Below, piece after piece: positions 9,359 to 18,275 of a stretch of 32,210 nt of DNA. Made by a program: the position numbers and the translations under genes. Numbering within the stretch: the stretch's first letter is position 1; every line of letters starts with the position of its first letter. The stretch lies in UHGV virus genome UHGV-0152653. One strand, given 5' to 3'. The stretch is from a virus. The notes below the pieces were generated by a model. It was not told the DNA's origin. It did not search any database and saw nothing but the letters and a program-made list of their open reading frames with translations.

Positions 9359-9384
9359 GCCCGCCAGAACTGGCGGGCTTTTGC
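9359..9384 (+). terminator. Rho-independent terminator
   Basis: GCCCGCCAG-aa-CTGGCGGGC perfect 9-bp stem followed by TTTTGC. Confidence 0.55.
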
Positions 9385-9427
9385 TTATGTCATGCAGGTG
9401 CATGAAAATCGCTCCATAAAGCGGGCA

Positions 9428-9446
9428 GGCGTGGCGGGGATACGAG
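9428..9446. other. cos: cos-like element (candidate cohesive-end site)
   Basis: GGCGTGGCGGGGATACGAG resembles the P2/186 19-nt cohesive end as I recall it (GGCGAGGCGGGGAAAGCAC); lies in the region next to the portal-terminase genes where cos is expected; from memory, not verified. Confidence 0.3.
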
Positions 9447-9577
9447 CGCGCGCTGGGAGGTATAAGAATGAAGTACAATTAACTTCACTTTGTTGAGTAA
9501 AATGCTATAAGAATAATGCAAATTATTGAGTCCCATTAGTTCAAAACTTAGGGATATCTTATGTGAAAGGAGGTTAT

Positions 9578-11263
9578 ATGTTAGATAAATTGATTTTTAA
9601 TTCAGGAAGTAATCCAACATCTAAATCTTCATTATCGGTTGACTTGACTCCATTGACAATTTTTGTGGGGCCGAATAATAGTGGTAAATCTAGAGCTTTA
9701 ATCGATATAGAAAATCAACTGACAACCCGAAATGCAGCGCAGGGAGAAGTAATAAAACAGATATTAATCAAACCACTTTCTGAGGATGAAGCAAAAAAGG
9801 AAATTGAATCTTTACAAGTTGAGCCAAACCAGGATGAAAAGCATGCGGGGCATGTTGTTTTATCTAGGCTAAACCTCCGTGGTGAAGGAATATCTAGGAT
9901 TCTAGTGTATTTGGATGGAATGTTAAGAGAATTCCAGCAACCCAATGAATTAAATCGGGAGCATCTATATCAATATTACTCGTTGCTGACTCTAAGGTTG
10001 GATGGTAGAAGTCGACTTTCCTTAACTTCAAGTCAAGGTTCATCCGATTTACAAGGAGAACCTACGAATAACCTTTCATTTCTTTTTAAAAATAATAAAG
10101 CAAGGATGGAGCTAAGAGATATCGTTTTTGATGCTTTCGGGAAGTATCTTGTTATTGATCCAACAAATATAGGTTATCTTAGAATTCGTCTTTCTGAGCG
10201 CGCTCCTGAGACTGAACAAGAAGAAAGAGGTTGGGATGAAAAGTCAGTGCTTTTTCATTCAAAAGCGTCATTGATTACAGAGGCTAGCGATGGTGTTAAT
10301 GCTTTTGTTGGGATGATGATTTCGCTGATAGTTGGCTCACCAAAGGTGACTCTAATTGATGAGCCGGAAGCTTTTTTACATCCATCCTTATGCTCAAAGT
10401 TAGGAAAGGAAATATCTAGGATTAGTGCTCATAGTAATAAAAATGTGTTTATTTCAACGCATAGCGCTAATTTTTTAATGGGTTGTGTTCAAGGTAAAGT
10501 GCCATTGAATATAGTTAGGCTTACTTTTGATGGTAAATCTGGTACGTCTAGATTACTAACAAAGGAACAATTGACGCCGCTCATGAGAAATCCGTTATTA
10601 AGATCTATTGGTGTGCTAAACGCATTGTTTTATAATTACGTTGTCGTTACTGAAGCGGATGCAGATAGGGCATTTTATCAAGAGATTAATGAGCGCTTAT
10701 TGGCTGCTGGAGATCCTCGGGGTATTGAGGGATGCCTGTTTTTGAATGCTCAAAACAAACAAACTGTTTGGGATATAGTAAAACCCCTTCGTGAGCTAGG
10801 TATTCCCTGCGTTGGAGTGGTAGATATCGATATATTGAAGGAGGGAGGAGTTGTATGGAAAAAACCAATGCTTGGAGCTTTTTTTCCAGAAATGAAGCAT
10901 GAAACTTTAGGTTTGGAAAGACAAAAGCTTTTTCAAGCCTTCAAAAATACGAATAAAAATATGAAGACAGATGGGGGCCTCTCCTTGTTATCGGGTTCAG
11001 ATAAAACCGCCTGCTCTGAGTTTTTTAAATCCCTTTCAGATTATGGGGTTTTTGTCGTTCCAACGGGCGAGATCGAGTCTTGGTTGCAAAATCTTGAAAT
11101 AGGTCGAGGAAAGAATACTTGGTTAACAAGTATTTTCGAGAAGATGGGGGATGATCCTAATGATGAATCATATGTGAAGCCATCTGAAGGTGATGTTTGG
11201 GATTTTATTGGGAATATAAAGCACTGGTTGGTTAACCCTGAAAGGAAGGGTATTCCCGAGTGA
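9578..11263 (+). CDS. OLD-family ABC ATPase with C-terminal TOPRIM-like nuclease domain (P2 Old-like, class 1 OLD-type candidate defence protein)
   Basis: Walker A GPNNSGKS near the N-terminus; Walker B VTLIDEPEAF about 220 aa later (long insert typical of SMC/OLD ATPases); H-loop-like STHSANF; C-terminal VVVTEADAD and VGVVDIDIL resemble TOPRIM Glu and DxD motifs; AAAGGAGG RBS before ATG 9578; AT-rich island. Confidence 0.6.
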   Translation: MLDKLIFNSGSNPTSKSSLSVDLTPLTIFVGPNNSGKSRALIDIENQLTTRNAAQGEVIKQILIKPLSEDEAKKEIESLQVEPNQDEKHAGHVVLSRLNLRGEGISRILVYLDGMLREFQQPNELNREHLYQYYSLLTLRLDGRSRLSLTSSQGSSDLQGEPTNNLSFLFKNNKARMELRDIVFDAFGKYLVIDPTNIGYLRIRLSERAPETEQEERGWDEKSVLFHSKASLITEASDGVNAFVGMMISLIVGSPKVTLIDEPEAFLHPSLCSKLGKEISRISAHSNKNVFISTHSANFLMGCVQGKVPLNIVRLTFDGKSGTSRLLTKEQLTPLMRNPLLRSIGVLNALFYNYVVVTEADADRAFYQEINERLLAAGDPRGIEGCLFLNAQNKQTVWDIVKPLRELGIPCVGVVDIDILKEGGVVWKKPMLGAFFPEMKHETLGLERQKLFQAFKNTNKNMKTDGGLSLLSGSDKTACSEFFKSLSDYGVFVVPTGEIESWLQNLEIGRGKNTWLTSIFEKMGDDPNDESYVKPSEGDVWDFIGNIKHWLVNPERKGIPE

Positions 11264-11270
11264 GTTTATT

Positions 11271-11294
11271 GAGCCGCTTTAGCGGCTCTTTTCA
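11271..11294 (+). terminator. Rho-independent terminator after the ATPase gene
   Basis: GAGCCGC-ttta-GCGGCTC stem-loop followed by TTTTCAT. Confidence 0.5.
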
Positions 11295-11299
11295 TATTC

Positions 11300-12331
11300 C
11301 TATGCAAGGTTATATTCATTAAATTGCATTATTGGCTCCTTTATCCATTCATTTACTTCTTGAAGCCTTTTTTGCAATGGAATTAGCTCATTACGGACAA
11401 AGACCCTGCTGGCTTTCTCCACATCCCCAAATCCCCCGACATTATTTGGCATTATCCCCATCATTTGTGGCGGCACACGATGCGCAGCCATCATGTCATC
11501 CCGGCTCACGTTCTTGATATTCAGAAACTCATCCTTCGCCGCGACTTCTGACAACGGGATGATCTGAAGCCCGTCCTTTTTGCCGTTAGGCGAGTACATA
11601 AACAGGTTGCGGAAGTTGCCAGGGCCTTTGGCGCTTTTCATCGCATTGCGGAGGTTGTTCACATCCTCCTGGTTCTGCGCGGCATCGGTCATGTACATGA
11701 TGAAGCCTGCATGACTGCCGTTAATGTAATACTTCCGGCGGAACAGCGTGGCGGACTCGTTGAGCAGGGCCGACGGAATGGCAGAAAGATAACCTGGCAG
11801 GCCGTAGATCTCCTGGTTGATGTCAGGTTCCATCAGATGAAAAATGCTGCCTTTCGTGAACTGATACGGCTGGGTTGTCATACCGTATTGCACAAACCAG
11901 TAGGTATCCAGGTCTAACCCGCGTCGGGTGTATTTTGCCAGCGCAGGCTCAAGGGCTATAACTTCACCGAATCGGTTCGTGCGTTTCTCCAGGTAGGCGT
12001 TACCAAATACCAGATAGTCCTGCACAAAACGCGAAAAAGCCTGTTGGCTGAGCAGCGGATGAGGGATATAGGTACTGGTCAGAATGTTGCACTTTACTGC
12101 AATCGGGGAACTGTGATGCACGGCAGCCCGGAAGGTGCGCGCCAGTCCGTCAAAACTTACGGGTGGCTCATACCAGCGATCCGTCTGTACGCATTCCACA
12201 TAGTCCAGCAGTTCGCGGCGGTCCAGTACAGGAATGGGATCACCAAAGCTGAAAGCTTCGGCTGAAGTTTGATTTTTATGCTGGCTCCGTTTCGTCGCAG
12301 CAGCGCGGTTTTTCTTACTCTTTCCCATCAA
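11300..12331 (-). CDS. Q: Portal protein (P2 gpQ-like)
   Basis: 343 aa, leftward, overlapping the large terminase gene; size and position as P2 Q. Confidence 0.85.
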   Translation of the reverse strand: MMGKSKKNRAAATKRSQHKNQTSAEAFSFGDPIPVLDRRELLDYVECVQTDRWYEPPVSFDGLARTFRAAVHHSSPIAVKCNILTSTYIPHPLLSQQAFSRFVQDYLVFGNAYLEKRTNRFGEVIALEPALAKYTRRGLDLDTYWFVQYGMTTQPYQFTKGSIFHLMEPDINQEIYGLPGYLSAIPSALLNESATLFRRKYYINGSHAGFIMYMTDAAQNQEDVNNLRNAMKSAKGPGNFRNLFMYSPNGKKDGLQIIPLSEVAAKDEFLNIKNVSRDDMMAAHRVPPQMMGIMPNNVGGFGDVEKASRVFVRNELIPLQKRLQEVNEWIKEPIMQFNEYNLA

Positions 12332-14094
12332 AAAATCTCCACAATATTGCTGGTATTGGCGGACTCGCCCTGCAGCGGTTCGTTAAACAGTGCGTGCATT
12401 GTTGCCCAGGCCAGATCGGCGTGGCTGGCTTCTTCGCTGCGGCTAGCTTCATAGGTCGGGCGGTTGCCGCTGGCGGTGGTGGCGCGACGGATTGCCATGA
12501 ATGACTGCGCAATGTCGGTGTGCCCGGCGTCAAACTCCAGACGGCGGTGGCTGATAATGTCGTAGGCCTTGAGTACCAGGGCGTTTTTAACGTTGGGGTT
12601 GTAGACAAACTCCCGGACGGCAGGAAAGAACGCTTTCACGTTCTCATAAACCCCGTGACCGACGCCTGTCGAGTCGATGCCGATATAGGTCACGTTGTAC
12701 TGCTCGGTCAGTTTTTTGATTGCATCAGCCTGGGCGCGGAAGTCCATCCCGCGCCACTGGTGACGCTCAAGAATGCGAAACTTACCGCCTGGCACGGCTG
12801 GCGGTGCCACCACCACGCATCCGGCGCTGTCGCCATTCTGCGTACCTTTTGCCGGGTCATAACCGATCCACACCTCGCGCCAGCCAAACGGGCGCAGGGC
12901 CAGTGCATGAAAGTCGGTCCAGACTTCCCAACTGTCCACCATGCACGCCTGCAGCTCGCTGAGCGGAAACACGGATGCGAGATCGTCCACAAACTCGCAC
13001 ATCAGCAGGTTCTGGTATTCGTCCGGGCTGTACTCCATGCGTAGCTGGTCGAGGTCGAACAGGTTACAGCCGCCGCGCACCGCATCTTCCACGGTGACTA
13101 TCTGGCGGTATTGCCCGTCTGCGCACAGCAGGCCGGGGGCCAGATTGCTGTGGGACAGGTCGATGTCCACCTTATCGGCTTTGTTGCGCCCACGGTTGAA
13201 CAGCGCACCGGACCAGAACGGATAAGCACTGTGTGTCAGACTGGATGGCGTGGAAAAATAGGTTTGTCGCCATTTTTTGTGAATAGCCATACCGGAAGCC
13301 ACTTTGCGCAGCTCCTGGAATTTCGGTATCCAGAAATATTCATCCAGATACAGGTTGCCGTGGTAACTCTGGGCCGTGCGGGCATTGGTGCCGAGGAAGT
13401 AAAGCGTGGCCCCGTTGGGAAGCACCATCGGATCGCCTTTCAGCTCCACTTCCACTTCTTTGGCGAAGTCGATGATGTACTGCTTAAAGACGTGGGCCTG
13501 TGCTTTGCTGGCGGAAAGGAAAATCTGGTTACGTCCGGTCAGCAGGGCGTCAATCAGGGCTTCACGGGCAAAGTAAAAGGTCGCGCCGATCTGGCGTGAC
13601 TTCAGCAGGTTGCGGATGCGGTTGGTTTTTCCGGCTTCCCACCAGTGGCGCTGGTAGTTGAACATGGAGGAATGGAAGATTTCTTCCAGCTTCTCAATCT
13701 GTTCATCGGTGAAAACATTCTTTTCCGGCTGACGGCGCGGGCCTTTGTTGCGGTTGGCGACGTTTGGGTTTAAGTCGGCTTCGTTGCCGCCATTGTTAAA
13801 CTTGCCGATCCGCGCGTGGCGTTCCGACTGGCGCGCCAGCAGGTCAATCTCTTTGAAATCTTTCCCTTCTTTGTGCTCCTTCATAATGAGCTGGCAGTAG
13901 CGTGCGGCGGTGGTGAGCTGCATCTGATCCAGCGGCCCATAGTCACCCCACTTGTCGCGTTTTTTCCAGCTGTGAACGGTTGCAACTTTCTCGCCCAGCA
14001 TTTCAGCAATGCGGGCTACGCGGTATCCCTGAAAGTACAGCAGCATGGCCTGCCGACGGGGATCGAGATCTGCGGGTGTCAGTGTGGTGTTCAT
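12328..14094 (-). CDS. P: Terminase large subunit (P2 gpP-like)
   Basis: 588 aa, leftward, upstream of Q; size and position as P2 P. Confidence 0.85.
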   Translation of the reverse strand: MNTTLTPADLDPRRQAMLLYFQGYRVARIAEMLGEKVATVHSWKKRDKWGDYGPLDQMQLTTAARYCQLIMKEHKEGKDFKEIDLLARQSERHARIGKFNNGGNEADLNPNVANRNKGPRRQPEKNVFTDEQIEKLEEIFHSSMFNYQRHWWEAGKTNRIRNLLKSRQIGATFYFAREALIDALLTGRNQIFLSASKAQAHVFKQYIIDFAKEVEVELKGDPMVLPNGATLYFLGTNARTAQSYHGNLYLDEYFWIPKFQELRKVASGMAIHKKWRQTYFSTPSSLTHSAYPFWSGALFNRGRNKADKVDIDLSHSNLAPGLLCADGQYRQIVTVEDAVRGGCNLFDLDQLRMEYSPDEYQNLLMCEFVDDLASVFPLSELQACMVDSWEVWTDFHALALRPFGWREVWIGYDPAKGTQNGDSAGCVVVAPPAVPGGKFRILERHQWRGMDFRAQADAIKKLTEQYNVTYIGIDSTGVGHGVYENVKAFFPAVREFVYNPNVKNALVLKAYDIISHRRLEFDAGHTDIAQSFMAIRRATTASGNRPTYEASRSEEASHADLAWATMHALFNEPLQGESANTSNIVEIF

Positions 14095-14140
14095 GGCACA
14101 AACCTACAGCCTTGAATGAAGGCTTTCCCCGCCTGCGGTT

Positions 14141-14158
14141 TGTGTGGTTGTCGGTACA
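14141..14158. promoter_or_regulatory. Ogr/B-type late activator site (TGT-N12-ACA) in the divergent P/O late promoter region
   Basis: TGTGTGGTTGTCGGTACA between the P and O starts, about 80 bp upstream of the O ATG. Confidence 0.5.
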
Positions 14159-14236
14159 AATACCGTGCATTGTTTCACTGCCCCCATCACCGCAACCATA
14201 AGGCTCCAGTAAGTTTTTTCTAACGGAGCACGGCTC

Positions 14237-15070
14237 ATGACAGTGAAAACAAAGCGTTTTCGCATCGGGGTGGAAGGTGCCACCACCGACGGACGCGAAA
14301 TCCAGCGTGAATGGCTGGAACAGATGGCAGCCAGCTACAACCCGGCGGTGTATACCGCGCTGATTAACCTTGAGCACATCAAGTCTTATCTGCCGGACAG
14401 CACCTTTAACCGTTACGGCAAGGTGACGGCGCTGTTTGCCGAAGAAATCACGGAAGGTCCGCTGGCAGGCAAGATGGCGCTGTATGCCGACGTTGAGCCA
14501 ACGGAATCCCTGGTGGAGCTGGTGAAAAAAGGCCAGAAATTATTCACCTCTATGGAAGTCAGCCCGAAGTTCGCTGATACGGGCAAAGCCTACCTGGTCG
14601 GCCTGGCTGCCACTGATGACCCTGCCAGTCTGGGTACGGAAATGCTGACATTCAGCGCCAGTGCAGCTCATAACCCGCTGGCAAACCGCAAGCAGAATCC
14701 TGCAAATCTCTTTACCGCTGCAGAGGAAACGGTGATCGAACTGGAAGAAATCCAGGATGACAAACCGTCCCTGTTTGCCCGTGTCACGGCGTTGTTTACC
14801 AAAAAAGAACAGTCCGATGACGCCCGGTTCTCTGATGTGCATAAGGCCGTGGAGCTGGTCGCTACTGAGCAGCAGAACCTGAGCGCACGCACCGAAAAAT
14901 CCCTGTCTGAGCAGGAAGAACGCCTGTCTGAACTGGAGACTGCTCTGCAGGCACAGCAAACCGCCTTTAACGAACTGGTGAATAAGCTGAGTCATGAAGA
15001 CAGCCGCCAGGACTACCGCCAGCGTGCAACAGGCGGTAACGCCCCCGCTGACACTCTGACCAATTGCTGA
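14237..15070 (+). CDS. O: Capsid scaffolding protein (P2 gpO-like)
   Basis: 277 aa; first gene of the rightward head operon, divergent from P. Confidence 0.85.
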   Translation: MTVKTKRFRIGVEGATTDGREIQREWLEQMAASYNPAVYTALINLEHIKSYLPDSTFNRYGKVTALFAEEITEGPLAGKMALYADVEPTESLVELVKKGQKLFTSMEVSPKFADTGKAYLVGLAATDDPASLGTEMLTFSASAAHNPLANRKQNPANLFTAAEETVIELEEIQDDKPSLFARVTALFTKKEQSDDARFSDVHKAVELVATEQQNLSARTEKSLSEQEERLSELETALQAQQTAFNELVNKLSHEDSRQDYRQRATGGNAPADTLTNC

Positions 15071-15086
15071 TGGAGCACAAAACCTG

Positions 15087-16145
15087 ATGAAGAAGAATAC
15101 CCGATTTGCTTTTAACGCTTACCTGCAGCAGCTGGCGCGTCTGAACGGTGTGGCAGTTGAAGAACTGTCCAGCAAGTTCACCGTGGAGCCGTCTGTACAG
15201 CAGACGCTGGAAGACCAGATCCAGCAGTCCGCCGCTTTCCTGACGCTGATTAACGTCACGCCAGTGACTGAGCAGTCCGGTCAGCTGCTGGGGCTGGGAG
15301 TTGGTAGCACCATTGCCGGAACCACTGACACCACCGCGAAAGAGCGTGAACCTGTCGATCCGACGCTGATGGTCGATGTGGAATACAAATGCGAGCAGAC
15401 CAACTTTGACACGGTACTGACCTACGCGAAGCTGGACCTGTGGGCGAAGTTTCAGGATTTCCAGGTGCGTATCCGTGACGCCATCGTGAAACGTCAGGCA
15501 CTGGACCGCATCATGATCGGCTTTAACGGCGTGAAGCGTGCGAAAACCTCCAACCGTAGCGAAAACCCGCTGCTGCAGGATGTGAATAAAGGCTGGTTAC
15601 AGAAAATCCGTGAAGATGCACCGGATCACGTCATGGGTAGCACCACCACGGGCGGTGAAACCACACCGGGTGCGGTGAAAGTCGGGAAAGGTGGCGAATA
15701 TGCCAACCTGGACGCCGTGGTGATGGATGCCGTCAATGAGCTTATCGACGTGGTCTACCAGGACGATGACGATCTGGTGGTGATTTGCGGTCGTGAACTG
15801 CTGTCTGACAAGTATTTCCCGCTGGTCAACAAAGAGCAGGAAAACAGTGAAAAACTGGCAGCCGATATGATTATCAGTCAGAAACGCATGGGCGGTCTGC
15901 AGGCCGTGCGTGCGCCGTTCTTCCCGCCGAATGCGCTGCTGATCACCCGTCTGGATAACTTGTCCATCTACTGGCAGGAAGACACCCGCCGCCGTTCAGT
16001 TATCGACAACCCGAAACGTGATCGGATTGAAAACTTTGAATCTGTTAACGAAGCCTATGTGGTTGAGGACTACCGCTGCGCTGCACTGGTGGAAAACATC
16101 CAGATTGGCGATTTCAGCGCCGCCGCAGCAGAAGCCGGAGCGTAA
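15087..16145 (+). CDS. N: Major capsid protein (P2 gpN-like)
   Basis: 352 aa; follows the scaffold gene; size and position as P2 N. Confidence 0.85.
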   Translation: MKKNTRFAFNAYLQQLARLNGVAVEELSSKFTVEPSVQQTLEDQIQQSAAFLTLINVTPVTEQSGQLLGLGVGSTIAGTTDTTAKEREPVDPTLMVDVEYKCEQTNFDTVLTYAKLDLWAKFQDFQVRIRDAIVKRQALDRIMIGFNGVKRAKTSNRSENPLLQDVNKGWLQKIREDAPDHVMGSTTTGGETTPGAVKVGKGGEYANLDAVVMDAVNELIDVVYQDDDDLVVICGRELLSDKYFPLVNKEQENSEKLAADMIISQKRMGGLQAVRAPFFPPNALLITRLDNLSIYWQEDTRRRSVIDNPKRDRIENFESVNEAYVVEDYRCAALVENIQIGDFSAAAAEAGA

Positions 16146-16148
16146 CCC

Positions 16149-16799
16149 ATGAGCCTGAGTCCCGCACGGCAGCATCGCCTGCGCGTTCAGGCTGAACAGG
16201 CCGCCCGTGAGGGCGGCAGCGTTCGCCACGCGTCGGGCTATGACCTGATGCTGCTGCAACTGGCGGAAGACCGCCGCCGTCTCAAGGGCGTTCAGTCCAC
16301 GGTCAAAAAAGCGGAAATCAAGGTGGAACTGCTGCCGAAATACGCCGCCTGGGCAGAGGGTGTCCTGGCTGGCGGAGGCGCGCAACAGGATGACGTGCTG
16401 ATGTACGTGATGCTGTGGCGCATTGATGCCGGAGATTATGCCGGGGCGCTGGAGATCGGGCGTCACGCCCTGCGTCATGGCTGGGTGATGCCGTTGGGTA
16501 ACCGCAACGTGCAGACCGTGCTGGCAGAGGAAATGGCAGACGCGGCGCAGAGCGCAATGCTTGCCGCCACCGGCTTTGATGCTGATCTGTTGCTGCAGAC
16601 GCTGGAGCTGACAGACGGTCTGGATATGCCGGACCAGTCACGGGCACGTCTGCATAAAGCGATTGGCGCTGTCCTGAGTGAAAGCAATCCGGCTTCCGCC
16701 CTTAATCATCTCAACCATGCGTTACAGCTCGATCCCCGCTGTGGCGTGAAAAAAGACAAACAGCAGCTGGAGCGCAGACTGCGCAATGACAGCCGCTGA
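16149..16799 (+). CDS. M: Terminase small subunit/endonuclease (P2 gpM-like)
   Basis: 216 aa; position after N. Confidence 0.8.
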   Translation: MSLSPARQHRLRVQAEQAAREGGSVRHASGYDLMLLQLAEDRRRLKGVQSTVKKAEIKVELLPKYAAWAEGVLAGGGAQQDDVLMYVMLWRIDAGDYAGALEIGRHALRHGWVMPLGNRNVQTVLAEEMADAAQSAMLAATGFDADLLLQTLELTDGLDMPDQSRARLHKAIGAVLSESNPASALNHLNHALQLDPRCGVKKDKQQLERRLRNDSR

Positions 16800-16894
16800 C
16801 AGAACGTGCCCCCGCGCACGGGCGGCACGGGGTGGCGAAAGGCACTGCCACATCAAAACCCCGTCCACCGCCCTTTATTTCAGGAGAAAGCAGC

Positions 16895-17359
16895 ATGAAG
16901 TTTGTTGCGCCAGAACAGGCACCGGAACAGGCGGAAATCATCAGAAATACGCCGTTCTGGCCTGATGTGGACCTGTCGGAGTTTCGCAGCGTGATGCGCA
17001 CTGATGGCACGGTGACGCAGCCGCGTTTAAAGCAGGTTGCGCTGTCGGCAATTTCGGAGGTCAACGCAGAGCTGTATGAGTTTCGCAGACGCCAGCAGAT
17101 GCTGGGGTATGCGTCGCTGGCAGAGGTTCCGGCGGAACAGCTGGACGGCAAAAGTGAGCGCATTCAGCACTATTTCAACGCGGTTTACTGCTGGGCACGC
17201 GCCATGCTCAACGAACGTTACCAGGACTATGACGCCACGGCGTCCGGTGTGAAGCGGGGCGAGGAACTGGCGGAAGCAAGCGGTGATTTGTGGCGTGACG
17301 CCCGCTGGGCCATCAGCCGGGTGCAGGATGCGCCGCACTGCACAGTGGAGCTTATCTGA
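16895..17359 (+). CDS. L: Head completion/stabilisation protein (P2 gpL-like)
   Basis: Start set at ATG 16895 (MKFVAPEQ...) with AGGAGA RBS; ORF track extends upstream to 16832. Confidence 0.8.
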   Translation: MKFVAPEQAPEQAEIIRNTPFWPDVDLSEFRSVMRTDGTVTQPRLKQVALSAISEVNAELYEFRRRQQMLGYASLAEVPAEQLDGKSERIQHYFNAVYCWARAMLNERYQDYDATASGVKRGEELAEASGDLWRDARWAISRVQDAPHCTVELI

Positions 17360-17562
17360 TGAAAGTGCGTGCGCATCAGTATGACACGGTGGACGCGCTT
17401 TGCTGGCGTCATTACGGGCGCACGCAGGGTGTCACGGAGCAGGTACTGAAGGCAAATCCGGGGCTTGCCGAATACGGCCCCTTTTTACCTCACGGGCTGC
17501 AGGTGGAGTTGCCGGACATTCCGACCACCACCACCGTGCAGACCGTCCAGCTATGGGACTGA
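17359..17562 (+). CDS. X: Tail protein X (P2 gpX-like)
   Basis: 67 aa; same length and position as P2 X. Confidence 0.8.
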   Translation: MKVRAHQYDTVDALCWRHYGRTQGVTEQVLKANPGLAEYGPFLPHGLQVELPDIPTTTTVQTVQLWD

Positions 17563-17565
17563 ATT

Positions 17566-17781
17566 ATGACGCTTGAGCGAATCAGCGCCTTTATCACGTA
17601 TTGCATCGCCGTCGTGCTGGCCTGGCTGGGCGATTTGTCCATCAAGGATGCCTCAACGCTGGGCGGCCTGATGATTGGTGTGCTGATGCTGGCTATCAAC
17701 TGGTACTACAAACACAAAGCCTACCAGCTTCTGCGCGACGGGCAGATCTCGCGGGAGGACTATGAATCCATCAATCGTTAA
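17566..17781 (+). CDS. Y: Holin
   Basis: 71 aa, two hydrophobic helices and a charged C-terminus; immediately upstream of the endolysin. Confidence 0.7.
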   Translation: MTLERISAFITYCIAVVLAWLGDLSIKDASTLGGLMIGVLMLAINWYYKHKAYQLLRDGQISREDYESINR

Positions 17782-18274
17782 ACGCTGCCTTGTCGGGGCC
17801 GTGCTGGCTATTGCTGCCACGCTGCCGGGTTTTCAGCAGCTTCACACCTCCGTGGAAGGGCTGAAACTGATTGCCGATTACGAAGGTTGTCGTCTGCAGC
17901 CGTATCAGTGCAGCGCGGGTGTCTGGACCGACGGCATTGGTAATACGTCGGGCGTCATTCCCGGCAAAACCATTACGGAGCGACAGGCAGCAGAAGGGCT
18001 GATCTCCAACGTGCTGCGTGTGGAGCGGGTGCTGGAAAGGTGTGTGAAGCAACAGCCGCCGCAGAAGGTGTATGACGCTGCGGTGTCGTTTGCCTTCAAC
18101 GTGGGTACGGGCAATGCCTGCAGTTCCACGCTGGTGAAATTGCTCAATCAGCGGCGCTGGGCGGATGCGTGCCGACAGTTGCCGCGCTGGGTGTATGTAA
18201 AAGGTGTGTTTAATCAGGGGCTGGATAACCGCCGTGCGCGGGAGATGGCCTGGTGCTTACAGGGAGCAAACTGA
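17762..18274 (+). CDS. K: Endolysin, probable SAR-type lysozyme
   Basis: N-terminal hydrophobic signal-anchor LVGAVLAIAATLPG followed by a lysozyme-like catalytic region (EGLKLIADYEGCRLQPYQCSAGVWTDGIGNT). Confidence 0.8.
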   Translation: MNPSIVKRCLVGAVLAIAATLPGFQQLHTSVEGLKLIADYEGCRLQPYQCSAGVWTDGIGNTSGVIPGKTITERQAAEGLISNVLRVERVLERCVKQQPPQKVYDAAVSFAFNVGTGNACSSTLVKLLNQRRWADACRQLPRWVYVKGVFNQGLDNRRAREMAWCLQGAN

Positions 18275-18275
18275 A

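Noticed and set aside
9158-9496. 112-aa plus-strand ORF spanning the terminator and the cos-like element
   Set aside because: It overlaps the better-supported ORF 9025-9291 in another frame, runs through a strong terminator hairpin, and has a Cys/Arg-rich composition unlike a protein; most likely spurious.
9578-11263. Interpreting the 561-aa ATPase as a housekeeping ABC transporter or RecF/RecN-like repair protein
   Set aside because: It has no transmembrane partner or permease context, sits in an AT-rich island inside a prophage cargo region, and its C-terminal region carries TOPRIM-like acidic motifs; an OLD-family nuclease fits better.
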